DNA of 64,000 nucleotides, from positions 5,215-69,214 of the forward strand of contig CAVEOB010000002.1 in the NCBI GenBank assembly GCA_963617265.1. Reading direction: 5' to 3'. The notes under the pieces were generated by a model that was given only the letters and a program-made list of their open reading frames with translations, did not search any database and had not been told where the DNA came from. This DNA comes from Mediterraneibacter gnavus (GTDB taxonomy: Bacteria > Pseudomonadota > Alphaproteobacteria > RF32 > CAG-239). A program made the position numbers and the translations under genes. Shown in pieces: positions 47,244 through 57,212 of the stretch; the stretch's first letter is position 1, and every line of letters begins with the position of its first letter.

Positions 47244-47678
47244 TTATTTAGAAATTTGATAAATTGGATTTTGCATTTCTTCGCTTATGGCTTGGCGGAT
47301 TTTTGCAATAATTTTTTCTTTTTCCGCCGGTTCATATTTGGCAGTTGCGGAGTTCCACACTGTACCAGGCCAATCCGGATCGCCTTTTTTACGGCAAACC
47401 ACATGCACATGCAGCTGCGGCGTCATATTGCCAATCATCGCCACATTATCTTGATCGCAAGGAAACAGTGACATCATAACTTTTTCTGCCAGCGCAATTT
47501 CACGCATCAGCTGAAAACGCTCTTCCATGGTTAAATTTGTCATATTTTTAGTGTTTTCTTTCATCGGCACCAAAAAAATCCACGGATAATATTTGTTATC
47601 TTCAAACAAAACGCGGCATAATTTTAAGTCTGTCACATAATCTTTTGCGACCAATCCTGACACTAATTCAAACGCCAT
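47244..47678 (-). CDS. HIT-family hydrolase
   Basis: 144 aa with the histidine-triad motif QLHVHVV. Confidence 0.8.
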   Translation of the reverse strand: MAFELVSGLVAKDYVTDLKLCRVLFEDNKYYPWIFLVPMKENTKNMTNLTMEERFQLMREIALAEKVMMSLFPCDQDNVAMIGNMTPQLHVHVVCRKKGDPDWPGTVWNSATAKYEPAEKEKIIAKIRQAISEEMQNPIYQISK

Positions 47679-48676
47679 TATTTCCCTCCGACGCTGTTAA
47701 TCTCTATCACTTGTTGTACATCAATATTTTCGTTTTCGCAAAGGTTTTTAACCGTATTTCCTTTAGAAAGTTCCAAGGCTGTCACTCCGGTTTCAACACA
47801 AAGGACCGGAACAATACCGGAATTAACTGCGCCTTTAACATCTGTCCGCACCGTATCACCAATCATACAGATTTTTGATTTTGCGCACATTTTTCCCAGT
47901 TCTTTCAACTTTTCAAACACATAATCATATACGTTGGCATGCGGTTTGCCATATTCTAAAACTTCTGCCCCGCGCTGCCGCAGCATTTTTGCCAAAGTTC
48001 CGTTGCGCACCACAAAATGCGATGATTTGTCTTTTGCCAGCGGGTGACCTTCCTGCGCCAAATAGTCAGGATTTGCATTAAGTGCCGGCAGCCCCAGCGA
48101 AACTACACGATCAACAATTTTTTCAAAAGGTTTTTCAATCACGCTGTCCCATAAAATTATCTTGCCGTTTTCATCAGCCTTAACCGGTAAAAAATCAGCT
48201 GCACATTGCGGATATTCTGCAGCCTCTTCGGCGCTTAAAAAAGGTACCCCGCAATATGCAAAATCAGCTTCTTCCGGAGTTTCAACCGGCTGATAAACCG
48301 TTCCGGCAAACATTTTTTCATTTTTTGCGCCGATAGTATAGACTTTACGCGGCTGCAAACAACCGGCAAAACTAAGTTTTTCGGCTTTCAAATCACCATG
48401 CAGCACTTCGCCGGAACTAACCATTAGCATATAGTCTCGATTTTCTAGCAAATCCTTGCGTTGATAAGAAGCAATCATATCCTCATGCATCAGCGTTGCG
48501 TTATTAGAAAGCACCGCCACCGTTTTGCCTGCCGCCATCAATTTTTGCATAGTCTCTTTACTATTTGGAAAAAATCCGTTTCCGCCCCAAAAAACTCCAT
48601 AAGCATCAAATAAAAACACTTCAAAATTATCTGAGATTTCCAACAAGTTATCATAGACCATTTTCTTTTGCTCCAA
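47678..48676 (-). CDS. HAD-superfamily hydrolase (subfamily IIA-like)
   Basis: 332 aa with motif I FLFDAYGVFW and a C-terminal IGDTVRTD motif. Confidence 0.65.
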   Translation of the reverse strand: MEQKKMVYDNLLEISDNFEVFLFDAYGVFWGGNGFFPNSKETMQKLMAAGKTVAVLSNNATLMHEDMIASYQRKDLLENRDYMLMVSSGEVLHGDLKAEKLSFAGCLQPRKVYTIGAKNEKMFAGTVYQPVETPEEADFAYCGVPFLSAEEAAEYPQCAADFLPVKADENGKIILWDSVIEKPFEKIVDRVVSLGLPALNANPDYLAQEGHPLAKDKSSHFVVRNGTLAKMLRQRGAEVLEYGKPHANVYDYVFEKLKELGKMCAKSKICMIGDTVRTDVKGAVNSGIVPVLCVETGVTALELSKGNTVKNLCENENIDVQQVIEINSVGGK

Positions 48677-49733
48677 CTTTATTTAAAATAGCCAGCTTAG
48701 CTTTATACGGCATTTTCACATTTTTATACAGCGGATGCTGCTTTACAAATTCTACCCATTGCTTGCGGGTTTCCACCCTTTTAGAGTTTTGTTCCGGCAC
48801 TACCCACACAAACCCATACGCCAAAATAAATTCTTTTCCGCCCAGCGTAGCTCCGCTAAACGGCAGCACATTCAAAGCTTCGCGCAGCTGCATAACGCTT
48901 TCGGCACGCGGAATATAATCGCGGCGGCACAAACGCGCCAACACCCGAAATTTCATTTCTTTATGCCAACCCAAATATTTGGTATATTCAAAACGGCAAA
49001 CCGTATCAAAATCCAATAAAACTTCATTAGCCAGCAACAAATTAAGCTGCTGTTCAATATAATCTTCGGCGCTTTGCAAATTATTTACAGCCGTGCCGAT
49101 TTTTGCCGTGTCAATTCCGGTTTGCATCGCCAGTTCCGGTAAAAATTTTCTGATTCTTCCACGCAGAAATTTAGTATCGGTATTAGATTCATCTTCAACC
49201 CATTCAATTTTGCGCACCTTCAAATAATTGCGCAGCTCTTCAGGGGCTGTATTCAGTAGCGGGCGTAAAATAACCAATCCGCCGCGCACGCTGTATTCAC
49301 GAATGCCGCAAAGTCCTTCCAATCCGCTACCGCGCTGCAGACGCATCAAAAAAGTTTCGGCTTGGTCTTTGGCATGATGTGCCGTCAGCAAAACCCGCAC
49401 TCCGTTTTGCAAACACCACTCTGCTATCAGCGCATACCTTGCTTGTCTTGCCGCTTCTTCCACACCGGTTTGCGGTTTTTCGCCCTGCCAGCTCAAAATA
49501 TGATGCTCAATGCCGTACTTTTGCATTAAACCCGCGACATATTCCGCTTCCATATGCGAAGTCGGGCGCAAGCCATGGTCAACAGTCAACGCCACCACTT
49601 TCCGCCCGAACACAGCCAGTTCTTCCGCCGCTTGCAAAACCAAAGCTAAAGAATCGGCTCCGCCGGAAACTCCGACGGCAACAACCTCATCCTTTATTCC
49701 GTATTTAGCAAAAAGCTCTTCCACTATTTGCAC
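48651..49733 (-). CDS. tilS: tRNA(Ile)-lysidine synthase
   Basis: 360 aa with the PP-loop VGVSGGADS. It lies downstream of cpoB as in alphaproteobacteria. Confidence 0.9.
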   Translation of the reverse strand: MQIVEELFAKYGIKDEVVAVGVSGGADSLALVLQAAEELAVFGRKVVALTVDHGLRPTSHMEAEYVAGLMQKYGIEHHILSWQGEKPQTGVEEAARQARYALIAEWCLQNGVRVLLTAHHAKDQAETFLMRLQRGSGLEGLCGIREYSVRGGLVILRPLLNTAPEELRNYLKVRKIEWVEDESNTDTKFLRGRIRKFLPELAMQTGIDTAKIGTAVNNLQSAEDYIEQQLNLLLANEVLLDFDTVCRFEYTKYLGWHKEMKFRVLARLCRRDYIPRAESVMQLREALNVLPFSGATLGGKEFILAYGFVWVVPEQNSKRVETRKQWVEFVKQHPLYKNVKMPYKAKLAILNKVGAKENGL

Positions 49734-50722
49734 CCAAGCTTAGATGCTTCTGCCTGCACTCTCTTAGCTAAATCTGCGTTAGCTTTAGGAAATTCTGCAC
49801 CAAAGCTGGAAAGCACAATACAAGCGTTTTTATTTTCTTTATTAGCCTTAAAAGTCAGCCCCAGCTTAAACAAGCTGTCAGGCGCCTTATTGCCATTGTG
49901 ATATTTTTCATAGCCGTTTTTAAACGCCACTTTAGCTTTGTTATAATTTCCCTGCTTAAAATATACTTCACCAATCCAATACTGCGCATTGCCGGCTAAT
50001 TTATCATTTGGATATTGCGTTAAAATTTGCTGGAAAGCCATTTCTGCTTCATCATACAAGCTGCTGTTCAGCGCCTCCATACCGTTGGAATAAATTTCTT
50101 CAGCGGACTTTGGTTGAGCGGTTACCACCGGTTTTGCCTCTGTATCATCAGCAATCAACTGTTGCGGAGCTCCGTCAGCACTGCCGGCAGTAGTATTTTT
50201 TGGAGCAGCCACATTTGAACCGGCTATCGGCGCTAAATCATCGCCCTGAATACCGTCTCCGGTCACGGCTTTAGAGGCGCTGGAAGCAACTTTGGCTTCA
50301 TAGGTAGTCGGAATTGCCGGAGTCGGAGAACTTAAATTGTCTGGCACCGGACGTCCCTCTAAAATTTTAAAACGAATTTCCATATCGCGGTTTATTTTAT
50401 CCAGCTTGCTTTCAAGTTGCTTTACCTGATATTCCAAAGTATCCATGCGTCCGTTAACTTTGCGGATTACTTCATCATATTCACCGATTTTTACCTGCAC
50501 GTTTCCAGCGGCGGCTTGTTCCTGCGACACAGCTGCTGATTTTGATACTTCGCCGGAACTACCTGCTCCGCGGTAAATTTGGCGCTGCAGAACCATCAAA
50601 TCTTCACGCAAATCATCTATTTCTTTTTGCATGTCAGAATTTGCTTTTGCCGGCATTGCCGCCAGCAACAAACTTCCCGACAATAAAAAACAAGCTGCTA
50701 ATTTCATAAAACGCCTCCTCAA
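49724..50722 (-). CDS. cpoB: Cell-division coordinator CpoB (YbgF), coiled coil plus TPR
   Basis: 332 aa with a signal peptide and a coiled coil. The C-terminus YPNDKLAGNAQYWIGEVYFKQGNYNKA is typical of YbgF. Confidence 0.8.
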   Translation of the reverse strand: MRRRFMKLAACFLLSGSLLLAAMPAKANSDMQKEIDDLREDLMVLQRQIYRGAGSSGEVSKSAAVSQEQAAAGNVQVKIGEYDEVIRKVNGRMDTLEYQVKQLESKLDKINRDMEIRFKILEGRPVPDNLSSPTPAIPTTYEAKVASSASKAVTGDGIQGDDLAPIAGSNVAAPKNTTAGSADGAPQQLIADDTEAKPVVTAQPKSAEEIYSNGMEALNSSLYDEAEMAFQQILTQYPNDKLAGNAQYWIGEVYFKQGNYNKAKVAFKNGYEKYHNGNKAPDSLFKLGLTFKANKENKNACIVLSSFGAEFPKANADLAKRVQAEASKLGCK

Positions 50723-50774
50723 AATTCTAAACCTAGCCTATTTATAAAATATTTTTTGCCTTAGTACAAGCACA

Positions 50775-50805
50775 AAAAAAGACTGCTTAAAAGCAGTCTT
50801 TTTTA
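50775..50805. terminator. Bidirectional hairpin terminator
   Basis: AAAAAAAGACTGCTT-AA-AAGCAGTCTTTTTT. Confidence 0.65.
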
Positions 50806-51101
50806 AACAATCGGCAAACCGACATCTACCCTTTCAGCTCGCACCAATTCTGTTTGAGCGGGAACTGACGATGCCAAAACACCGCGGAACATCTGCCACA
50901 ATGTGTCAAAATCAGCATAAACGCTGTGCTCGTCATTGTTCCACAGCCTCATGTCCTTCAATACGGCATCTTTGGGAAGAGCTAAAACTTGTGTTTCCAT
51001 AATAAATAAATTTAATTAGTGTATCAATAATTGTTAATTACCCAAATAATAAGCAAATCAACAAACTTTGTAAAGATTGTTTCTAATATATAAAATAGCA
51101 C

Positions 51102-51135
51102 AAAAAAACGCCGCCGATTCGGCAGCGCTTTTTTT
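51102..51135 (-). terminator. Terminator downstream of pal
   Basis: CGCCGCCG-ATT-CGGCAGCG (one mismatch), flanked by A7 and T7 runs. Confidence 0.7.
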
Positions 51136-51153
51136 GGTAATAAAACTGTCTGA

Positions 51154-51618
51154 TTATTCAGCTGCGCTAACAACTGTAATCGCACGACGGTTCTGAGCCC
51201 AAGCAGCTTCGTTGTTACCCAAAACAGCTGGTCTTTCTTTACCGTAAGAAATTGTAGAAATTCTGCTTTCTTCAATGCCTTGAGATACCAAGTATTGTTT
51301 TACAGCATTGGCACGGCGTTCACCCAAAGCCATGTTGTATTCACGAGTACCTCTGTCATCGCAGTGACCTTGAACAATAACGTTTACATCGTCATGTTTC
51401 TTCAACCAAGCAACTTGAGTGTCCAAAGCAGATTGAGCTTCTGCAGACAAAGCAGAGCTATCAAAAGCAAAGAATACAGTATCGGTTGTGTTCTCTACGA
51501 AATCACGAGCCAATCTAGATTCACAGTCAGCACCGCTAAACAAGCCGCCGTCAGCACCAAAAGTAGAGCAGCCTGACAAAGCAACAAGAGCGCAGAACAA
51601 ACTTAAAAGTTTTTTCAT
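51154..51618 (-). CDS. pal: Peptidoglycan-associated lipoprotein
   Basis: 154 aa with a lipobox (LSG-C) and an OmpA-like domain (VQGHCDDRGTREYNMALGERRA). Confidence 0.9.
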   Translation of the reverse strand: MKKLLSLFCALVALSGCSTFGADGGLFSGADCESRLARDFVENTTDTVFFAFDSSALSAEAQSALDTQVAWLKKHDDVNVIVQGHCDDRGTREYNMALGERRANAVKQYLVSQGIEESRISTISYGKERPAVLGNNEAAWAQNRRAITVVSAAE

Positions 51619-51827
51619 TTTATTTTCTCCATATGGTTTTTTACAATTTGTCTGTATTGCTACAGAACAGTTTATTTAATTGCATAACAACTAATACAGT
51701 TGGTAATTTAAGAAATATTTGTAAATTTTTCAATAAGAAAAATAAAAAAAATGCGAATATTTGCAAAATTTGTGCATTATTTTTGGAAACAAAGCGGCAA
51801 AGCGATGACTTTTATCAGTGAAAAACC

Positions 51828-53597
51828 TTAATTTTTCTTTTTATAGGCAGCATCGACAATGTTTTTTTGCTTTTCCAAATCAAAATCTGCCTTAATATTA
51901 AGCTGCGGAGCCACCGCGGTGATAATATTTTTCGCTGTCGGCACGGCGTTCCAGCCGGCTTCGGTATGATTCCAAGTTTCTTTCAAACCTTTCGGGTCGT
52001 CAAACACTACCAATAACGCATATTTCGGATCGGATTCAGGAAAACCTGAAATAAAGGTAGATATACTTTTTTTATGGTCATATCTGCCGTTAACCAACTT
52101 GTCGGCAGTACCGGTTTTGCCAAACACCTGATAGCCTTCGACATTGGCGCGCCGACCAGTTCCGCGGACAACAACAGCCCGCAGCAGCGAACGCATTTTT
52201 TCTGATGTTTCATTTGAAACAATCCGGCGCCCCGTGTCTTTTGGCTCGGCTAAAAGAGTCGGCTCATGATAAATTCCGCCGTTTACCACCGCTGAAAACG
52301 CAGTAATAATATGCAAAGGCGTTGTTGAAATACCATATCCATAGCTGATGGTTGCCATAGAATGGTCTGTCCAGCGTTTTTCTGACAAGAACAAAGGCTT
52401 TGCCGTTTCCGTAACTTCAAAATCGCTCAGTGCCTTATCCATATTTATTTTTTGGAAAAAAGAACGTTGATATTGCTTGCCGACCTGCATAACTTCCAAA
52501 GTTGAGCCGATATTTGACGACTCCACCAAAATATCTTCCGGCGTCAGCATTTTATGCGAGCCGTGCGGGTCAGAAACCCGATAGCGCCCAAAGTATATCG
52601 GCTTAGAAGTATCAAAGCGGCTGTTAACATCTATTTTGCCGCTGTCCAAACACATTGCCGTGTTAAACACTTTGAACACAGAACCAGCTTCATACACCCC
52701 CTTGGTGGCAAAGTTAAACATTGCTCTGTCCGATACTTTTATATTGTCGTTCGGATTAAAATCCGGCACGGAAATCATTGCTATAATCTGTCCGGTATTA
52801 ACATTCATCAAAATCGCCGCTGCGCCTTCTGCCATAAAATATTTCATACCGGCAATCAATTCCTCGCGAATCGTATTTTGAATTCCCATATCCACCGAAA
52901 GTTTTACCGGTTTTGTCGAGGTGGTCAAACGCTCGTCCATAAAGCTTTCCAATCCGGCAATACCCTGATTGTCCACATTTGTATTGCCCAAAATATGCGC
53001 AAACAAATTATTATGCGGATAGATTCGTTTTTCACAATTTTCAAATTCCAGCCCTGGGATTCCCAACGCATTTACCGAATTTTGCTGCGCCGGAGACAGA
53101 TTGCGTTTCAAATACACAAATTTTTTATGCCGGCTCAGCAAATCCAAAAAACGTTCATAAGTAACATCAGGAAAAATCACGCTTAATTTTTCAGCCACTT
53201 CTTCAGGATTTTTAATCAGCTCCGGCTTTGCCGAAAGATTTGCCGTCGGCAGCGAAGTGGCAATAATCTCGCCGTTTCTGTCCATCACATCGGCGCGCTT
53301 AACCGGATTCTTTAAATGCAGGACTTCTTGTTCTTCTGCCCCGTCTTCAACAATTGCCGTGTCAATATTGATGCCGTTGCCCAAACAAACATATGTCACC
53401 CGCAAGCCTAAAATACAATAAAATAAAGCAAACGCCGCCATTGTCCACCAAATGCGGTTGCGGCACATAGAAACGCTGTCGCCTTCGGCGCTAAAGTTTT
53501 TCTGCGAAATAAAGCCATGCGAAAATTTTATCTCCTGCCCTGGGAGATAAAACTGCTCGGTCTTCTTCCGCTTAGAAAAACTTACATTAAACTGCAT
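51828..53597 (-). CDS. ftsI: Peptidoglycan D,D-transpeptidase FtsI (PBP3)
   Basis: 589 aa with an N-terminal TM helix, the SxxK motif GSVFK, SSN, and KTGT (FGKTGTA). It follows ftsL. Confidence 0.9.
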   Translation of the reverse strand: MQFNVSFSKRKKTEQFYLPGQEIKFSHGFISQKNFSAEGDSVSMCRNRIWWTMAAFALFYCILGLRVTYVCLGNGINIDTAIVEDGAEEQEVLHLKNPVKRADVMDRNGEIIATSLPTANLSAKPELIKNPEEVAEKLSVIFPDVTYERFLDLLSRHKKFVYLKRNLSPAQQNSVNALGIPGLEFENCEKRIYPHNNLFAHILGNTNVDNQGIAGLESFMDERLTTSTKPVKLSVDMGIQNTIREELIAGMKYFMAEGAAAILMNVNTGQIIAMISVPDFNPNDNIKVSDRAMFNFATKGVYEAGSVFKVFNTAMCLDSGKIDVNSRFDTSKPIYFGRYRVSDPHGSHKMLTPEDILVESSNIGSTLEVMQVGKQYQRSFFQKINMDKALSDFEVTETAKPLFLSEKRWTDHSMATISYGYGISTTPLHIITAFSAVVNGGIYHEPTLLAEPKDTGRRIVSNETSEKMRSLLRAVVVRGTGRRANVEGYQVFGKTGTADKLVNGRYDHKKSISTFISGFPESDPKYALLVVFDDPKGLKETWNHTEAGWNAVPTAKNIITAVAPQLNIKADFDLEKQKNIVDAAYKKKN

Positions 53598-53599
53598 AG

Positions 53600-53971
53600 C
53601 TATTTCTTTTTAACCTCTGCTTTAACCAGTGTTGTCAAACCTTTTCTGTTTGGCGCAGCGCGGGCGCCTGCCTGCGTATCATCTTCATAGTTAAAGTGTA
53701 AAGCAGAATAGTTAATAATTTGTTCAGGTTTGGCTTTTTCTAAAGATAATTGTTCGTATGCCAATTTTTTCAAGCGTTCCGGCGAATTGTTCAAGCTCCA
53801 TTCAGCCTTCAGAATATGAATATCGCGGATATCTTTTTGGATATTTTCGTTAATGGTGTCCAAACGGCGTTCCAGCCCCTGCACTCTGTTTTTCAGCACC
53901 GACTGCGCCACTGCCACAAATAAAGTCAATGTCAACCATAAAACAACCATTGCCGTTTTGATACTACCCAT
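53600..53971 (-). CDS. ftsL: Cell division protein FtsL
   Basis: 123 aa with a single TM helix followed by a coiled coil. Its position between rsmH and ftsI supports the call. Confidence 0.7.
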   Translation of the reverse strand: MGSIKTAMVVLWLTLTLFVAVAQSVLKNRVQGLERRLDTINENIQKDIRDIHILKAEWSLNNSPERLKKLAYEQLSLEKAKPEQIINYSALHFNYEDDTQAGARAAPNRKGLTTLVKAEVKKK

Positions 53972-53973
53972 TG

Positions 53974-54888
53974 CTATCCCCTTATTGCATATCTTAATTT
54001 AGCCGAACGCGCCCGCGGATTTTGCTCGCATTCCGCAGCGGTCGGCATAATAACTTTAGAAACTTCAGCAAACAAATGCTTTTCCTGCACCAATTCCGGC
54101 GCATATTTAGAAACCCGAACTTTACGCCCGCCGTTTTCTTTAAAAAACATTTTTACGATTCGGTCTTCCAGCGAATGAAAATCCACCACAACCAAACGCC
54201 CACCTTTCAGCAAACGGGACGCAGCTCCGTTCAGCCCGCGCGAAAGTTCGCCCAGCTCATCGTTAACCGCTATGCGCAAAGCCTGAAAAGTACGGGTTGC
54301 CGGATCAATTTCGCCAAATTTTTTATGAATTACCTTATATATAATCTCCGCCAATTCCGTTGTGGTTTCAATTTCTTTGGCGTGGCGATATTCCGCAATT
54401 TGCTTGGCGATTTGCCGTGACTTGCGCTCTTCGCCGTATTGATAAATCAAATCCGCCAGCTCTTCTTCGCCGTATGTGTTGACAATATCTTTAGCCGACA
54501 CGCCGCTTTGCGACATACGCATATCAAGAGCGCCTTCTTTGCTGAACGAAAAACCGCGTTCCGCCTCGTCAAGCTGCATAGAAGAAACGCCGATATCAAA
54601 AACGGCGCCGTTAATTTTTTCCGGCACTAAATCTGCAAAATCTCCGAATTGACCTGCTCTGAACTCAAAGCGTTCGCCATACATATTTTTCATTTCATTA
54701 GCACGGATTTTCACAGTCGGATCTCTGTCCAACGCAATCACTTTGCAATTTGCCGCCTCTAAAATTGCTCTAGTATATCCGCCGTTGCCAAAAGTTGCAT
54801 CAACATAAACTTCGCCCTTTTGCGGTTTCAAAGCCGCCAAAACTTCTTGCAGCATCACAGGAATGTGCTTTTGCTTAGCTTCTGCCAT
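53974..54888 (-). CDS. rsmH: 16S rRNA (cytosine1402-N4)-methyltransferase
   Basis: Contains HIPVMLQEVL and DATFGNGGYT. I prefer the start at ATG 54888 (TAATG overlap with the mraZ stop). The longer track ORF runs into mraZ. Confidence 0.9.
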   Translation of the reverse strand: MAEAKQKHIPVMLQEVLAALKPQKGEVYVDATFGNGGYTRAILEAANCKVIALDRDPTVKIRANEMKNMYGERFEFRAGQFGDFADLVPEKINGAVFDIGVSSMQLDEAERGFSFSKEGALDMRMSQSGVSAKDIVNTYGEEELADLIYQYGEERKSRQIAKQIAEYRHAKEIETTTELAEIIYKVIHKKFGEIDPATRTFQALRIAVNDELGELSRGLNGAASRLLKGGRLVVVDFHSLEDRIVKMFFKENGGRKVRVSKYAPELVQEKHLFAEVSKVIMPTAAECEQNPRARSAKLRYAIRG

Positions 54889-55355
54889 TATTCTGCCTCC
54901 CTGTTTTGTTTCAAAACCGGACGGTTCTTTATTACTTCGGCGCGGATACGGGCTTCTTCTTTTGCCCAATTTTCCGGATTCCAAATTTGAAATTTGCGAC
55001 CTTTGCCCACAAATACCGCCGTATCGATAATGCCAGCATGCTTCAAAAGTTTTTCGGTTAAAACGATTCGCCCCGTGCTGTCAAACGGAAAACGTTTGGC
55101 ATCGCCGAAAATCAAATTAGTTAAATTATCTTGTGTTTCCGAAAAGAAATCCGTGGAATTTTCAATTTCCGTAGCCAGCTTATCCAAAGTGTCTTCCAAA
55201 CAGCCTTCAATGCAAGGAGCGCTCAAACTGCGGTAACAAACAATCTCTGTTGATAAATCTTTAACTATTGCGCGATAATCTGACGGCAAAGAAACGCGAC
55301 CTTTTGCGTCTACTTTGTTAATAATGGTATCCATAAAGAGAAAAACTTTTCTCAT
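54888..55355 (-). CDS. mraZ: Transcriptional regulator MraZ
   Basis: 155 aa with two DxxGR motifs (VDAKGRVSLP and FDSTGRIVL). AAAGGA lies 8 nt upstream of ATG 55355. Confidence 0.9.
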   Translation of the reverse strand: MRKVFLFMDTIINKVDAKGRVSLPSDYRAIVKDLSTEIVCYRSLSAPCIEGCLEDTLDKLATEIENSTDFFSETQDNLTNLIFGDAKRFPFDSTGRIVLTEKLLKHAGIIDTAVFVGKGRKFQIWNPENWAKEEARIRAEVIKNRPVLKQNREAE

Positions 55356-55385
55356 GTCAGATTCCTTTCGGGTTAACTTCTATTT

Positions 55386-55420
55386 ATGGTATAACATGGT
55401 AATTTATGGGTTTCAATGGG
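55386..55420. promoter_or_regulatory. Four direct ATGG(T/G) repeats at exact 10-bp spacing upstream of mraZ (candidate MraZ operator)
   Basis: ATGG occurs at 55386, 55396, 55406 and 55416 (ATGGT, ATGGT, ATGGG, ATGGG). The repeats lie 31-65 nt upstream of the mraZ ATG and overlap a possible minus-strand TTGAAA-17-TATACC promoter. Confidence 0.45.
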
Positions 55421-55570
55421 ATTTTTTAGTATTTTGTTAACTGTTCTATTTTTGTTCGCATAAAATATGCATAAGATTAAAAATCGCCCTATAAAAACAG
55501 TGGGATAGAGCATAAAATTTTTCTTTAAATAATTCACAATGTAATGTTTTGTTAAGATTTCAGATTCTAA

Positions 55571-55619
55571 TTAAATAAAATCCCTTGTTTCATTTTCAGA
55601 AACAAGGGATTTTATTTAA
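55571..55619 (-). terminator. Perfect 21-bp-stem hairpin (ATCCCTT family) abutting the stop of 55620-56312
   Basis: TTAAATAAAATCCCTTGTTTC - 7-nt loop - GAAACAAGGGATTTTATTTAA. Confidence 0.65.
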
Positions 55620-56312
55620 TTAGCGCAAGCTATAGTTTTCAAAAAACTCGGTAAGCTCTTCCAACTCCAAGTCATTAGTGAAAAATAAGCTTCTTACGGT
55701 CAGAAGTTTATATTTATTCCAACTTTGCTTATAAAGCTGCTCATCGCAAATTGTGGAATTACCACGCACGGAATAAAACTTCTGCACATCTTGAGCATAC
55801 AAAGCAACCAACTGCATAACTTTCTTCACAAAGTAGTCAGATATTGTCGCTTTCACGTTGCAGTTCATAAGCTTGTTATGCTTCACGTCAAACAAGACCT
55901 CTTTGTAATAAGGATCGTTGTCTATAACAGAATCCAACTTAAACGTGTTGGTCTGCTGTCTTACACCCAAATTCTCAACCAGCCGCTTTACCTTTGTGTT
56001 GTCAAAACGGTCAGTTCCGATAAAGCGGTTATAAGCGCCATACAACGCATGGCGTTCATATATGCGCACCGCTGTTTGGAATAAAGATACCAGCAGCACA
56101 AAGCGATGATGCGCAACAGAACCGTCTTCCACAATTCCTCGCACTCTAGTAAAGTACAAGCTTAGAAGAGGAGCTCTAGCACAAATCGGCAATTGCAGAA
56201 TAACATCTTCTGCGTCGCTTATCTTCAGCGATGTGCCGTTAATGCACTCGCTAATCATAGACTTCAGCTTATCATCAGCGTTAGTCTCGGCAAAATGGTT
56301 AATCTGTACCAT
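55620..56312 (-). CDS. Hypothetical protein (AT-rich orphan)
   Basis: 230 aa. The upstream minus-strand promoter is TTGCTA-16-TATAAT, and no SD precedes the ATG. I recognise no motif. Confidence 0.5.
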   Translation of the reverse strand: MVQINHFAETNADDKLKSMISECINGTSLKISDAEDVILQLPICARAPLLSLYFTRVRGIVEDGSVAHHRFVLLVSLFQTAVRIYERHALYGAYNRFIGTDRFDNTKVKRLVENLGVRQQTNTFKLDSVIDNDPYYKEVLFDVKHNKLMNCNVKATISDYFVKKVMQLVALYAQDVQKFYSVRGNSTICDEQLYKQSWNKYKLLTVRSLFFTNDLELEELTEFFENYSLR

Positions 56313-56401
56313 AAAAAAATAATTTAAAAATGAATAATATAAAAGATGGTATGATTATATAACATATTTGCCAAATAGCAAGATTTTTTGTACAAAAAAA
56401 T

Positions 56402-57148
56402 CTATCTGCCGCTTAAACTCATCAGCTTATTAAAAAAGGCTTGGCGGACGATTTCCTTTTCTTTTAGCTTTTGCACTATATTTGACTGTGCCGCCGATTT
56501 TTCTAACACGGCACCCCTATCTTCATAATGCACGCCGGAAAGAAGCACCTTGCCTTTGCCGTAAGGCTGCAAAACCACCGCAGGCTTAAATCCGGATAAA
56601 TTATAACGCGCTAAAATTTCTGTACCTCTGGAATCATTTAACTCAAAATATGGACCGCCGTGGTAATGCACAACCAAAATATCGCCGTTTTCATCAAAAA
56701 GCTCAACTGCAGCCGCCGATGCCGTATTTTTGGCAAACGGCTCTATTTTTAATTCCTTATATAAAGAACCTATCGCTTTAGCATCTAACAAATCTAATTC
56801 ATATTCTTCCACAATGCGCGATTGCGGCAAATCCTTTTCAAATTCGGTTTGTTTGCAGGCATAATAGGCTCCAGCGCAAATACCATAATATACGCCGCCT
56901 TCCCGCACAAACGAACGGATTTTTTCATTGCCCTGCACTTTAAGTTTGTGGCGATACGGCGTGCTTGCTCCCCCCGGCATAAACAAAGCAATAACTTTAT
57001 CATTCAGCCGACCGCGGTAAATAATATCGTTGGCATCGGCAAAACCGACTTTGCAGCCGCGCGGTTCAAAATAGGCGCAAAGCTCATCTGCCAGCGCATT
57101 AACATCAGCACAGCCGTAATCACGATATATCAAAACTTCATTTCTCAT
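56402..57148 (-). CDS. Class I glutamine amidotransferase-like protein (BPL_N-type domain, tentative)
   Basis: 248 aa. The stretch VLIYRDYGC..., ALFMPGGASTPY ... GGVYYGICAGAYYAC resembles the biotin-protein-ligase N-terminal / GATase1-like fold. Confidence 0.5.
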   Translation of the reverse strand: MRNEVLIYRDYGCADVNALADELCAYFEPRGCKVGFADANDIIYRGRLNDKVIALFMPGGASTPYRHKLKVQGNEKIRSFVREGGVYYGICAGAYYACKQTEFEKDLPQSRIVEEYELDLLDAKAIGSLYKELKIEPFAKNTASAAAVELFDENGDILVVHYHGGPYFELNDSRGTEILARYNLSGFKPAVVLQPYGKGKVLLSGVHYEDRGAVLEKSAAQSNIVQKLKEKEIVRQAFFNKLMSLSGR

Positions 57149-57212
57149 ACTTTATTTATAAACTTGACAAACAATTTTGACAACTGATATCTTGATAAAA
57201 ATGGAGGAAAAA

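Noticed and set aside
50803-51000. 65-aa minus-strand ORF between pal and cpoB, bracketed by two terminators.
   Set aside because: It has no SD and no recognisable motif. It could be real, since it is isolated between terminators, but the support is too weak to list it as a feature.
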